Source: Candidatus Kuenenia stuttgartensis (GTDB lineage: Bacteria; Planctomycetota; Brocadiia; Brocadiales; Brocadiaceae). Taken from it: a stretch of 32,000 nucleotides of DNA. Shown here piece by piece: positions 8,379-17,970 of the stretch (position 1 is its first letter; each line of letters begins with the position of its first letter). The stretch covers positions 4,260,001-4,292,000 of the forward strand of contig NZ_LT934425.1 in the NCBI RefSeq assembly GCF_900232105.1. Direction: 5' to 3'. The notes beneath the pieces were generated by a model. The model worked only from the letters and a program-made list of their open reading frames with translations, was not told where the DNA came from and did no database searches. The translations under genes and the position numbers were made by a program.

Positions 8379-8525
8379 AGGGGCGAAGCATTTGCTATAT
8401 ATTAAACGGTTGCTGCTCGTTCCTTCCTCACTTGAAATCTAAGCCCACTAAATTCACATGTAGTGCGACGAACCTCGTCGCACTACAAATGACAATTTCC
8501 AGTTTCAAAAGATTAAAGTGTTACA
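8379..8525. repeat. partial copy of the palindromic repeat family plus a perfect 12-bp-stem hairpin
   Basis: aggggcgaagcatttgc (8379-8395) matches the arm of element 851-1002. Hairpin gtagtgcgacga-acc-tcgtcgcactac lies at 8460-8486. The aaagtgttaca terminus is at 8515-8525. Confidence 0.6.
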
Positions 8526-8772
8526 ATACTTTTCATAGTAGAGCAAAGTTTAAAGGCGAACATATCTCCACGTGTGTGTGGGAAAAATGTGCAGGTTTTG
8601 CATTTTTAATTATAAAAAAATAACACCAAAAAAAATAAAACGGTTATTTGTAATAGTCACATTGTTATGGTAATACGCAACTTAGTACAATATCCTTTAA
8701 TAAATTCATATTTGGCATTATTATTGCTATTTAACTGGATAGGGGAGAAAAACAGAAAGTCAGGAGGTAATT

Positions 8773-8961
8773 ATGATGATAACAGATGATGAAATGGAAA
8801 AACAAAATTTTCTTAGCTGGTACTGCTTTTACGCAAAACCGAAAGAAATCGAATGTGCAATGAAAACACACAGGGCTAAAATGGAAAGGTACATCGAGAA
8901 ATATTATTCTGAAATCATAAGAGTGAGAATGCTAAACAGCCTCCGCGAAAAAATATTTTAA
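8773..8961 (+). CDS. small hypothetical protein (62 aa)
   Basis: ATG preceded by CAGGAGG at 5-nt spacing. Charged helical-looking sequence with no motif I recognise. Its 3' end overlaps the convergent Cache gene by 4 nt. Confidence 0.45.
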   Translation: MMITDDEMEKQNFLSWYCFYAKPKEIECAMKTHRAKMERYIEKYYSEIIRVRMLNSLREKIF

Positions 8962-9980
8962 CGGTAAGGCAGGGTCACCTTCTTTACAAGAAGAAAAACA
9001 ACAATAACAATCCCCATTGCTAAAAATGCAAAAACAAACATGACAGAATCACGCAGTGTATAAAGTTTTCCATACCCCTCATTAACGTCTATCTCCGCGA
9101 TTACTCCCCAATCGTAATCCGGCATCCAATGCCAAAAGCCAAGTACCCGTACTCCCCTGTAATCAGGATAACCATGCGCATCATAGCCTTCCCCGCCGTT
9201 AATACATTCAAGCGCTCCTTTTGTCGGCTTTTTTGTGTAAGGATCAACAATTTTTAACTCCAATGATGCCCTTTTTTTGATACGGTCAGCCTGAAGTAAT
9301 TCATCAGTGAACCTTGAGGTAGTTAACATATATCCGTTTTTATTTATCAGGTATGCTTCTCCCGTTTTCCCGAAATGAACACTTTTCATCACCCTGTCAA
9401 TTTCGGCAACATCCACACACACAGCCAGCACCCCTAAAATTGCATCCGGGGCGTTTTTTACCGGCAAGGACATGATCATTGCCGGTGTATCTGCCTCCTG
9501 GAATCCGGCAACATTGCCGGTGAGTTCCAGGGAGGATTGTATATTCGATACAAAAAATGCCCCGGCAATTGCCCTGCGATAGTAATCCTGTTCCAATATA
9601 TTTTCACCGTACAGTGCCTTGTTGGATGCAAATAAAATTTTTCCGTTACGGTCAGCGTAAAAAATCTCTTTATAGCCAAAATCGCTGCAAATGGATTTAA
9701 AATATTCGTTAACTTCTATGGTAAGCGCATTCCCTGTTTTTTGCATTGCTTGAATCAAGAACGGATTATTTGCGATGTACCTGGCATTTGATAAGCGGCC
9801 TTCCATCCATGCTGCAATTAATTCAGCCTGTTTATTTACCGCAAGCCTCAAATTACGAATAATTTCATCCCTTAATGCATTGAAAGCAATGGGATAAACA
9901 ACAAGACGCATGATAAATAACGGCAGGAACGAAAAGATGAGCAAAAATATAATGAGTTTGTTTTTTGTAAAGTTAAACAA
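8958..9980 (-). CDS. membrane-anchored double-Cache (dCache_1-like) sensor domain protein without an output domain
   Basis: N-terminal transmembrane (TM) segment (LIIFLLIFSFLPLFI), then about 280 aa with Cache-typical blocks (IFYADRNGKILFAS, DYYRRA, GEAYLINKNGYMLT, YPDYRGVRVLGFW). A second TM follows (VMFVFAFLAMGIVIVVFLLV), and the protein stops 8 residues later (KKVTLPYR*), where a HAMP domain normally begins. Confidence 0.75.
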   Translation of the reverse strand: MFNFTKNKLIIFLLIFSFLPLFIMRLVVYPIAFNALRDEIIRNLRLAVNKQAELIAAWMEGRLSNARYIANNPFLIQAMQKTGNALTIEVNEYFKSICSDFGYKEIFYADRNGKILFASNKALYGENILEQDYYRRAIAGAFFVSNIQSSLELTGNVAGFQEADTPAMIMSLPVKNAPDAILGVLAVCVDVAEIDRVMKSVHFGKTGEAYLINKNGYMLTTSRFTDELLQADRIKKRASLELKIVDPYTKKPTKGALECINGGEGYDAHGYPDYRGVRVLGFWHWMPDYDWGVIAEIDVNEGYGKLYTLRDSVMFVFAFLAMGIVIVVFLLVKKVTLPYR

Positions 9981-10067
9981 TGCGCGGCACTCCAGGAAAT
10001 AGCAAACAGCGTTTTGAATTTTTATCTATTGTTTGCCTGTTAAAATCATCAATTGAGTCCCCCTGAT

Positions 10068-10171
10068 AAAGTGTTACAAAGTTTTTCATTATGTCGTTAA
10101 CTCACCCCTACCCCCTCTTCAAAAGGGGAATTTGAGAAATCCCTTCTCGGGAGGGGACTAAGGGAGTGGGT
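10068..10171 (-). terminator. repeat-family terminus plus imperfect C-rich/G-rich palindrome downstream of the short transaldolase
   Basis: aaagtgttaca lies at 10068-10078. The imperfect inverted repeat ctcacccctaccccctc ... gaggggactaagggagtgggt spans about 10101-10171 and starts 18 nt after the minus-strand stop at 10189. There is no clean U-tract. Confidence 0.4.
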
Positions 10172-10188
10172 AAAACGGGCTTATACTA

Positions 10189-10836
10189 TTATTTTTTCGG
10201 AACTTTTTCCCAATCGGCAAGAAACTTTTTTATACCGGCATCCGTTAACGGATGCTGCACCAGCAAATTAAAAACGTTAAAAGGGATGGTAGATATGTCT
10301 GCTCCCATTAATGCCGCATCACGAACATGATTCGGGTTCCGGATACTTGCCACAATTATTTCAGTCGCAAACCCATAATTATCATAAATTGCCCGTATAT
10401 CCTCTATGACGTCCATTCCTGTATGCCCTATGTCGTCCAGTCTCCCCACAAAAGGGCTAATGTAGGTTGCCCCAGCCTTTGCCGCTAACAGCGCCTGATT
10501 GGCAGAGAAACAAAGTGTAACATTCGTATTTATTCCTTCTTCAGATAATATTTTCACTGCCTTAAGTCCGTCTTTTATCAGGGGTATTTTTACTACGATA
10601 TTCTCGGCAATTTTCGATAACTCACGAGCTTCATCAACGAGGCCTTGTGTATCGAGGCTTACCGCTTCAGCGCTCACTGGCCCCTTTACTATGGAGCAAA
10701 TTTCTTCAAGCGTTTCGCGGAATGGTCTGCCTGTTTTTGCAACGAGGGACGGATTCGTCGTTACACCGTCAAGAATTCCAAGGTCATGCGCTTCTCTTAT
10801 CTCTTTTACATCTGCGGTATCAATAAAAAATTTCAT
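10189..10836 (-). CDS. tal: short-form transaldolase / fructose-6-phosphate aldolase (TalC/FSA subfamily, 215 aa)
   Basis: [16 protein letters not shown]...GVTTNPSL N-terminus, the Schiff-base lysine context VVKIP, and a length of about 215 aa are diagnostic of the subfamily. SD GAAAGGAA lies 5 nt upstream. Confidence 0.9.
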   Translation of the reverse strand: MKFFIDTADVKEIREAHDLGILDGVTTNPSLVAKTGRPFRETLEEICSIVKGPVSAEAVSLDTQGLVDEARELSKIAENIVVKIPLIKDGLKAVKILSEEGINTNVTLCFSANQALLAAKAGATYISPFVGRLDDIGHTGMDVIEDIRAIYDNYGFATEIIVASIRNPNHVRDAALMGADISTIPFNVFNLLVQHPLTDAGIKKFLADWEKVPKK

Positions 10837-10897
10837 AACAATTCCTTTCTAATGCAAATAGAATTAATGTGTCAAAAAAATCCGCGGCCATAAAATA

Positions 10898-11908
10898 TCA
10901 TGCACACAATTTATGTACCAGGAGTTCAAGCAATAGTTGTTTATTGAATGCGCTTGTCTTGCTTTGTATGTCAGATTCAAGCAGGGAGGCATGTTTTTTC
11001 ATAAGGTCATTTTCGGTAAAATCCCTTACCTGGTCAAAAAACTTTTTTTTAAAAAAAGGCGCTATTTGAAGCTCAGAAGAAATGCTATTTTCATCTTTTC
11101 CCTGCGCCAATAATTGCCTGGCTCTCCAAATCCTCCTGATTTGCCATGCCAGCAATGTGATAATTTTCACTGAATTCTCACCGTGTGTCAACATCTGATT
11201 GAGAATCTTAAGCGCCTGTGGAAAATTTTTCCGGGCAACTGCGTCGGTAAGCTCAAATATCGTTCTATTCCTGTCGGCGGTCACTAATGCATCGACGTCC
11301 GATTCGTCTATTGTAGCTTTATTATCTTTATAAATAGAAAGTTTCTCAAGATGCATGTCTAATATAGCCAGATTGTTTCCGACGTCCCCGGCTAACCGCT
11401 GTGCGGCTTTAGGGTTCATCGTCTTTTTGTAATGTTTTGCGCGGGACATAAGCCAGGTGGGCAATTGATATTCCTTTATCCTTTGACAATCTGCGACAAT
11501 GCCGGTTTTCTCCGCTAATTTTGACAACCTTATTCTTTTATCCCATCCGGCACATATTAAAATCAAATGCGCATGCGTTGATGGCTTTTGCAAATAACTC
11601 TCTAATGAATCTTTGTTTTTTTCCACAAAATTGTCTGCGTTAATTACAATAACCAGCTTTTTATTTTTCTGGAAAAAGGAACGTCCTCTTAATTCATTAA
11701 AAATGACCGGTGCCGGCGTATCATTTCCGCCGACCTCAATCACCACCGGGTCGGTATCGTTATCGGCAATTAAAGCGGCTTTTATTGTCGTTACCGCTTC
11801 TTTAATAAAGAATTCTTCATTCCCGAAAACAACAAAGACCGGGCAATCTTTCTTCTTCGCTATTGATGTTTTGAGTTCCTGATATCCATTACTTGATCTT
11901 TTGTGCAA
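10898..11908 (-). CDS. holA: DNA polymerase III delta subunit
   Basis: 336 aa. N-terminal PVFVVFGNEEFFIKEA block and overall helical C-terminal domains are typical of HolA. The TTG start overlaps the cobU 3' end by 20 nt. Confidence 0.75.
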   Translation of the reverse strand: MHKRSSNGYQELKTSIAKKKDCPVFVVFGNEEFFIKEAVTTIKAALIADNDTDPVVIEVGGNDTPAPVIFNELRGRSFFQKNKKLVIVINADNFVEKNKDSLESYLQKPSTHAHLILICAGWDKRIRLSKLAEKTGIVADCQRIKEYQLPTWLMSRAKHYKKTMNPKAAQRLAGDVGNNLAILDMHLEKLSIYKDNKATIDESDVDALVTADRNRTIFELTDAVARKNFPQALKILNQMLTHGENSVKIITLLAWQIRRIWRARQLLAQGKDENSISSELQIAPFFKKKFFDQVRDFTENDLMKKHASLLESDIQSKTSAFNKQLLLELLVHKLCA

Positions 11909-12410
11909 TTCCTGAAATTACGAAATATACCTCTGTTGCGTGCTGCGCCAGTATTTGGTTTGCAGAACCGGCTATATCGCAAAAATGCCGCGCCAGTGCA
12001 TTTTCCGGCATTATGCCAAGTCCGACTTCGTTTGAGACGATTATAATGTCTGAAGTTATTTCTTCACAAACGCGGCACAGTGTATGTATTTTATCAATTA
12101 TCTGTGACGAATCCTGATTTGCCGGCATTACAAGAAGATTGGTAATATATAAGGTAATGCAGTCTATAAAAACCAGGTCTGCCTTTTTACTCTGGTCGAA
12201 AACGACTTTTTCCAAATTATACGGCGATTCAATTGTTTGCCAGCACAACGGCCTCCGTTCCCGATGTATCCGTATGCGTTCACGCATCTCATCATCCTTG
12301 ATTTCGGCGGTAGCCACATACACAACTGTTTTGTAACGTTTCGCCATGGTTTCCGCAAATGAAGATTTTCCGCTGCGGGCACCGCCAAGCACAAGGATAG
12401 TCTTAGCCAT
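11889..12410 (-). CDS. cobU: bifunctional adenosylcobinamide kinase / adenosylcobinamide-phosphate guanylyltransferase
   Basis: ILVLGGARSGKSSFAE P-loop, IRIHRERRP histidine region, and a 173-aa length typical of CobU/CobP. Confidence 0.9.
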   Translation of the reverse strand: MAKTILVLGGARSGKSSFAETMAKRYKTVVYVATAEIKDDEMRERIRIHRERRPLCWQTIESPYNLEKVVFDQSKKADLVFIDCITLYITNLLVMPANQDSSQIIDKIHTLCRVCEEITSDIIIVSNEVGLGIMPENALARHFCDIAGSANQILAQHATEVYFVISGIAQKIK

Positions 12411-12543
12411 AGAACTCTGTAAAAACCTCTTTTTTTAATTTCTTATTCTTAAACAACTTTTCATTCCCTAAAAATACAGAGAGAAAATGCTTCACTATGG
12501 AATTTTATAAAAATCCATATTTTACAAGAAATGGGGTTAACCG

Positions 12544-13364
12544 TTAAAAAACAACGAACAGTGCTAAGAGGAAAATAATTTCTGCCGCCTCATTGATTGC
12601 GCCCAATGTGTCACCTGTCATACCGCCAATCTTTCTTTTGATATACCAGATTATAAATAATGTAAAAACAACAATTATTGCGCATTCCGCCAGACCCTTT
12701 AAACGGCATAAATACAGTATAAGAACAAAGGGAACAACGGATGCAACAGCCACATGTTTTTGCGTGGTTCCGTTCACGATGAAACTTCCTGTTCCCGGCA
12801 CATCTCTTGCATAATTTGATACTCCGGCGGCAAACACCTGCGCCCATCGCCCTACTGCAGGCATTAAACACAGCACAATAATTTTTGTCACTACTGCGGA
12901 AGAAGCGTCTCTACTGTATGGCTCGCCAAATGATGGTAATATCCCGGCTGAAATGTCTTTTGTATTCAAGAAAACATGGCATTCTCCTGTATGCAGAAGG
13001 CAGGCATATCTCAGTCCGAGAATACAAATCAAACCAATAACGCCATAACTCCCAATATGGCTGTCTTTCATTATTTCCAGCCGTTTTTCCTTGTTCCATC
13101 CGCCATAAATACCATCACATGTATCAGCAAATCCGTCGAGATGCAACGCTCCGGTTACAATATACGTTATTAATATGAAGGCATTTGTTATACACGGAGG
13201 AAAAACATTTTGCAAAAGCAGAGAAACAACTGATAAAATAGCGCCAATGACAATTCCTACAATGGGGAACCAGCACACGGCATAACTGCTCTTGGGCAAT
13301 TCCCGGATCCGCTATTAATTGGAATGATGGTGAGAAACTTTAGCGCCCATAAAAAATTATTCAT
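12544..13364 (-). CDS. cobS: adenosylcobinamide-GDP ribazoletransferase (cobalamin synthase), N-terminus displaced by one frameshift
   Basis: ORF 12544-13299 is a multi-TM protein with HLDGFADTCDG and GGMTGDTLGA. The canonical N-terminus MNNFLWALKFLTIIPINSGSG starts at ATG 13364 in another frame. The 821-nt span is one base short of a multiple of three. The shift maps to the CCC run at 13302-13304 (plus strand); GGGG on the coding strand would give ...GSGELPKSS... Confidence 0.85.
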
Positions 13365-13552
13365 GAATTGCCATTACAATGTGGGGATGGCCACAATTTT
13401 ACGTATTACACTAAATAGTTTGTCATGACCAAACATTACCAAAATTAATTGTCCGTGCGCAAGAGTAAAGTGTTCTTATTCATCAGCCTTTCAAACGGTC
13501 AACTATTTTCCGGTTTTTCATTAAACGGTATTTAACCAGGAGTAACACCATA

Positions 13553-15906
13553 ATGGTCCAGAATAATACACTAAAAAAACTTATCGATACTATATCTGCC
13601 ACTGATATCAAATCGATTCAGAAATCCTTTGCCAATCATCTCACATGTTCTTTGTCCAAAGACACCTATTCGGCGACAAAACTGGACATTTATAAAGCAT
13701 TGCCTATACCGTTCGTGACCGTCTCGTGGAACGCTGGATTGCCACACAACGATCCTATTTTGACAATGACGTAAAGCGTGTGTATTACCTTTCTCTTGAA
13801 TTTCTTATGGGCAGGGCGCTTGGAAACAATCTGATCAATCTTGACTTTCTCGATGAATGCCACAAGGCGCTGCATGAATTAGGGTATGAGTTAGAAGAAA
13901 TTTGTGAAAAAGAATGGGATGCAGGACTTGGCAACGGTGGGCTTGGGAGGCTTGCGGCTTGTTTCCTTGATTCTATGGCTACTCTTGAACTGCCGACGTA
14001 TGGCTATGGCATGCGCTATGAGTATGGGATTTTCTTCCAGAGTATCCTCAATGGTTATCAGGTTGAACTGCCTGACAACTGGCTGCGCTACGGCAACCCA
14101 TGGGAATTCGAACGACCAGAGCACTTATATCCGGTAATGTTTTATGGGCATGTGAGGGAAAAAAAAAAAAGAAGAGAGAGGATTTTAATGAGGGAAATTA
14201 TTTTAAGGCTGTGGAGGAAAAACAAAGAAGCGAGACAATTTCAAAAATCCTTTACCCTGTCGACAAAATCCATACGGGGAAGAAGCTACGGCTGAAACAA
14301 CAATACTTTTTTGTGTCGGCAACCCTTCAGGATATTATTGCCGATACAAAAAAACACATACCTCCTTCGATCTTTTTCCCGATAAAGTAGCTATCCAACT
14401 GAACGATACCACCCTGCCATTGCAATCCCGGAACTAATGCGTATCCTTATTGACATAGAAGGTATTTCGTGGAAAAAGCATGGGATATAACCGTCAGTAC
14501 TTTTGCATACACAAACCATACCATCCTTCCAGAAGCATTGGAAAAGTGGAGTGTCCCCCTGATAGGCGAATTATTGCCGAGACATCTTCAGATTATCTAT
14601 GAGATAAACTCCCGGTTTCTTGAAAGTGTAAAAACCAAATATCCTGACGATGCGATCGGTTACGCCGTATGTCATTAATTGAAGAGGGCAATGAAAAACA
14701 GGTAAGAATGTCCCATTTGGCAATTGTAGGAAGCCATTCAACAAATGGCGTAGCCGCTTTACATACACAAATTTTAAAAACAACCGTTTTCAGGGATTTT
14801 TTCGAACTTTACCCTGATCGTTTTAACAACAAGACAAATGGCATTACCCAGCGACGATGGCTGAAAAAATGTAATCCTGCGCTTTCTCAACTGATATCGG
14901 ATACTATAGGAGAAGGCTGGCTCAAAAATCTTGCGGATTTAAAAAAATTGATGCCGTTTACCGGAAATAAAGCATTTTGTGAAACATGGCAGCATATTAA
15001 AAAAGAGAACAAAATACGGCTTGCTGAATACATAAAGCAGACTACCAGTATGTGGGTGAATACAGATTCATTGTTCTGCTGCCATATAAACGCATCCATG
15101 AGTACAAGAGACAATTGATGAATATTATGCATGTTATTTTTCTCTATAATTCACTGAAAAACAATTCCATTGAAAACTTTGTGCCGCGTACCATACTATT
15201 CGGAGGAAAGTCGGCTCCCGGTTATTTTATCGCAAAGCTCATTATTAAACTGATAAACTCTGTCGCTGAAGTCGTTAACAACGACCCCGATATTGGCGAT
15301 AAGCTTAAAGTCGTCTTTTTGCCGAATTATCAGGTCTCTCTGGCAGAACGCATCATTCCCGCAGCAGACCTTTCCGAACAAATTTCCACCTCTGGTATGG
15401 AAGCTTCAGGTACTGGAAATATGAAATTTGCCCTTAACGGCTCCTTAACGATCGGAACGCTTGACGGTGCTAATATTGAAATTATGAACGAGGTAGGATC
15501 TGATAATATCTTTATTTTCGGACTTACCGAGAAAGAGGTCGATCATATCAAACGTGTGGGTTACAATCCGTATGAATATTATCGTAACAATACCGCTCTT
15601 AAAACGGCAATTGACATGATTGCGAATGGATATTTTTCATCTTCCGATATTTCACTCTTTATGCCAATTACCAATTCACTTCTAAAAAGCGATCAGTATA
15701 TGGTGCTTGCAGATTTTGCCAGTTATGTCAACTGTCAGGGGTTGGTAAGCAAGTTATATCGTGACCAGGATGAATGGACAAAGAAATCAATCATTAATGT
15801 CGCCCGTATTGGAAAATTTTCCAGTGATAGAACCATTCATGAGTATGCCGAGGATATTTGGAATGTAAAATCTGTTCCTATTCGGTTAAATGGCAAGCAA
15901 ACGTAG
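13553..15906 (+). pseudogene. glgP: glycogen/maltodextrin phosphorylase, multiply disrupted
   Basis: Phosphorylase sequence is spread over ORFs 13553-, 13726-, 14100-, 14469-, 14669- and 15052-15906. Recognisable blocks: [44 protein letters not shown] (reconstructed), [42 protein letters not shown]. Seven frame breaks occur at about 13702, 14159-14170, 14342, 14410, 14472, 14654 and 15090. About 40 conserved codons are missing at the A12 tract. Confidence 0.9.
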
Positions 15907-15984
15907 CTGATGGCTGATTAGGTAAAAAGCGGGGAAGTCTTTAAATTTTTTATCAGGATAATTCCACCCTTACAATGAATCTTA

Positions 15985-16578
15985 TTATTCACCTTTCGGA
16001 AATTCTATTTGTTTGACTATATACTGTAATTCCAACAGTTTTTTCAATATTTTACCGGTTGATTCTTCAGCGGTTTCTTTGTCTGTTTCCACGACAAGAT
16101 CGGGATTTAATGGTTCTTCATAGGGATCAGATTCTCCCATGAAATGCAGTATATTGCCATTTAAGGCTCTTTGATAGATACCTTCCACGTCTCTTGCTAC
16201 ACATAATTCAAGGGGACATTTGACATAAACTTCAATGAAATTGCCTGTTTCCCTGCGAGCCTTTTCCCTTGATGTCCGATGGGGGGATGCTAATGAAGAG
16301 ATCACCGCGATTCCATTCCGTGACAATAATTTGCAGATAAAAATAGCGCAGTGGATATTGATTTTCCGGTCGTGCCTGGCATGTTTAAGGTTAGAGCACA
16401 GGTTTGCTCTGATTAATTCACTTGTAAGTACTTCAACATTTATTTGATAATTTTCACTTAACCTATTTTTCAGCAAATGAGCTATTGTTGCCTTGCCAGC
16501 CCCAGGCAAACCGGTAAGCCATACGGTAAAGCCTTTATTCACCCGAATACTCCTCTGAATAATCCGATGCTGTGGCAT
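15985..16578 (-). CDS. adenylylsulfate (APS) kinase-like P-loop kinase, divergent active-site motifs
   Basis: The sequence is collinear with CysC: GFTVWLTGLPGAGKAT P-loop, SPHR..R, FIEVYV, C.ARD..G.Y, F.G..DPYEEP. However, canonical LDGD(N)VR reads LTSELIR, LGFS reads LKHA, and ENIRR reads INIHC. The ATG lies 3 nt after the stop of the upstream gene. Confidence 0.7.
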   Translation of the reverse strand: MPQHRIIQRSIRVNKGFTVWLTGLPGAGKATIAHLLKNRLSENYQINVEVLTSELIRANLCSNLKHARHDRKINIHCAIFICKLLSRNGIAVISSLASPHRTSREKARRETGNFIEVYVKCPLELCVARDVEGIYQRALNGNILHFMGESDPYEEPLNPDLVVETDKETAEESTGKILKKLLELQYIVKQIEFPKGE

Positions 16579-16581
16579 TGA

Positions 16582-17970
16582 TTATGCGATAACCCGTCCT
16601 TCCATATTTTCAGGTATTTTAACGTCCAAATATTGTAAAATCGTCGGAGAAACATCATAGAGGGTAGTGCCATTTTTTCTGATGCCACCCAAATGCCCAT
16701 TTTTTTTCAAAATAAAAATACCCTGTTGAGAGTGGTTCGCATCATCCGGGCCGGTATCATTCTCATCTGCCCAAATGGAACCGCTACCAACACTGCCAAT
16801 TGACCGCCAATCAAGGTTGCCATAATAGACAATTAAATCAGGCGGAACACCTGCACATTCAGAGTAAATCTCCTCAGGTTTAAATACTCTTGTATTTATA
16901 TTGTTTCCGTTTTCGTCCCGCAAATCTTCAAGTTTTCGTATTAATTCATTTCTGAAATTTTCATAATTATGTTTGGGGATTACACCATGTGGTTCGCGGC
17001 CTTGTACGTTCAGAAATACCCTGCCGTAATAGCCCCCCTCTCCCCACACCGAGGTATTCTTCCAGTCAACCATAAGTTTATTGAAGGGAGTTGTTGTTTT
17101 CGGATACTCAACCAGTTTCATATAACCGTTTTGTATAAGCCATTCATTAATACAAATACCGCCAACCATCTTTTTTGAGCCATGGTCGGATACTATAAGC
17201 ACCATTGTATTTTCATCTAAAAGCGCAAGTGTTTCCCCGATTTCCTTATCCAGGTATTTATAATAATTTAAAATAGCATCTTTATACTCAGAACCCGACG
17301 GATGTTTCGGATGTGTTTCATCAAAATATTTCCAAAATGCGTGATGTATCCTATCAGGCCCCATTTCAACCATCATAAAAAAATCCCATTCCCTGGAATG
17401 GATATATTTTTTTGTCAGCTTAAATCTCTTTTCGGTCATATCATATATTTTTTTCAATATATACTCTTTCTTTTCACTCCTGAATTCATCAACATCAAGT
17501 ATATATCCGTTTGTTATACCCTCCACCTCAGCCTTTAATCCGGCAGGGTATGTGTACTGACTCTTTGTGTCCGGAGTCATAAAACAAGTAACCATACAGC
17601 CGTTTACGGGTTTTGGAGGATAGGTCATGGGAATGCCTATCAAAACAACTTTCTTCCCTATCCGGGATAAAATATCCCAGACAGTATCAATTTTAATTGT
17701 TTTTGAACTTGCGAAACATAATCCGTCATAATTGTAGTTTGAACGATTTCGGAAACCGTACAAACCAAGCCTTCCGGGGTTGGCGCTTGTCATCATTGAC
17801 GGCCACGCCGGACATGTAATAGCGGGAATGGTGCTTTCCAATCCCCCATAGAGCCCCTCAGAGACCAATCTTTTAATATTGGGCAATTGATTCAGCCACC
17901 GGTCAAAAAGCAATTCCGGTGGTATTGAGTCCAAACCTAAAACAAACACCTTTTTTTTATTAATAACCAT
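16582..17970 (-). CDS. alkaline-phosphatase-superfamily protein (type I phosphodiesterase / nucleotide pyrophosphatase family)
   Basis: N-terminal VFVLGLDSIPPELL metal-site Asp block, nucleophile region IPAITCPAWPSMMT, VSDHG motif and distal ANHSQQG block are typical of the PF01663-type family. 462 aa. Confidence 0.8.
   Translation of the reverse strand: MVINKKKVFVLGLDSIPPELLFDRWLNQLPNIKRLVSEGLYGGLESTIPAITCPAWPSMMTSANPGRLGLYGFRNRSNYNYDGLCFASSKTIKIDTVWDILSRIGKKVVLIGIPMTYPPKPVNGCMVTCFMTPDTKSQYTYPAGLKAEVEGITNGYILDVDEFRSEKKEYILKKIYDMTEKRFKLTKKYIHSREWDFFMMVEMGPDRIHHAFWKYFDETHPKHPSGSEYKDAILNYYKYLDKEIGETLALLDENTMVLIVSDHGSKKMVGGICINEWLIQNGYMKLVEYPKTTTPFNKLMVDWKNTSVWGEGGYYGRVFLNVQGREPHGVIPKHNYENFRNELIRKLEDLRDENGNNINTRVFKPEEIYSECAGVPPDLIVYYGNLDWRSIGSVGSGSIWADENDTGPDDANHSQQGIFILKKNGHLGGIRKNGTTLYDVSPTILQYLDVKIPENMEGRVIA

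Noticed and set aside
8432-8623. 63-aa ORF
   Set aside because: It spans the palindromic repeat (8460-8486) and the AAAGTGTTACA terminus. It has no ribosome-binding site and is a repeat-derived frame.
13365-13552. Possible cobalamin riboswitch upstream of cobS
   Set aside because: I looked for a B12-box-like core and the multi-stem architecture on the minus strand and did not find them. The region is AT-rich with no strong pairing.
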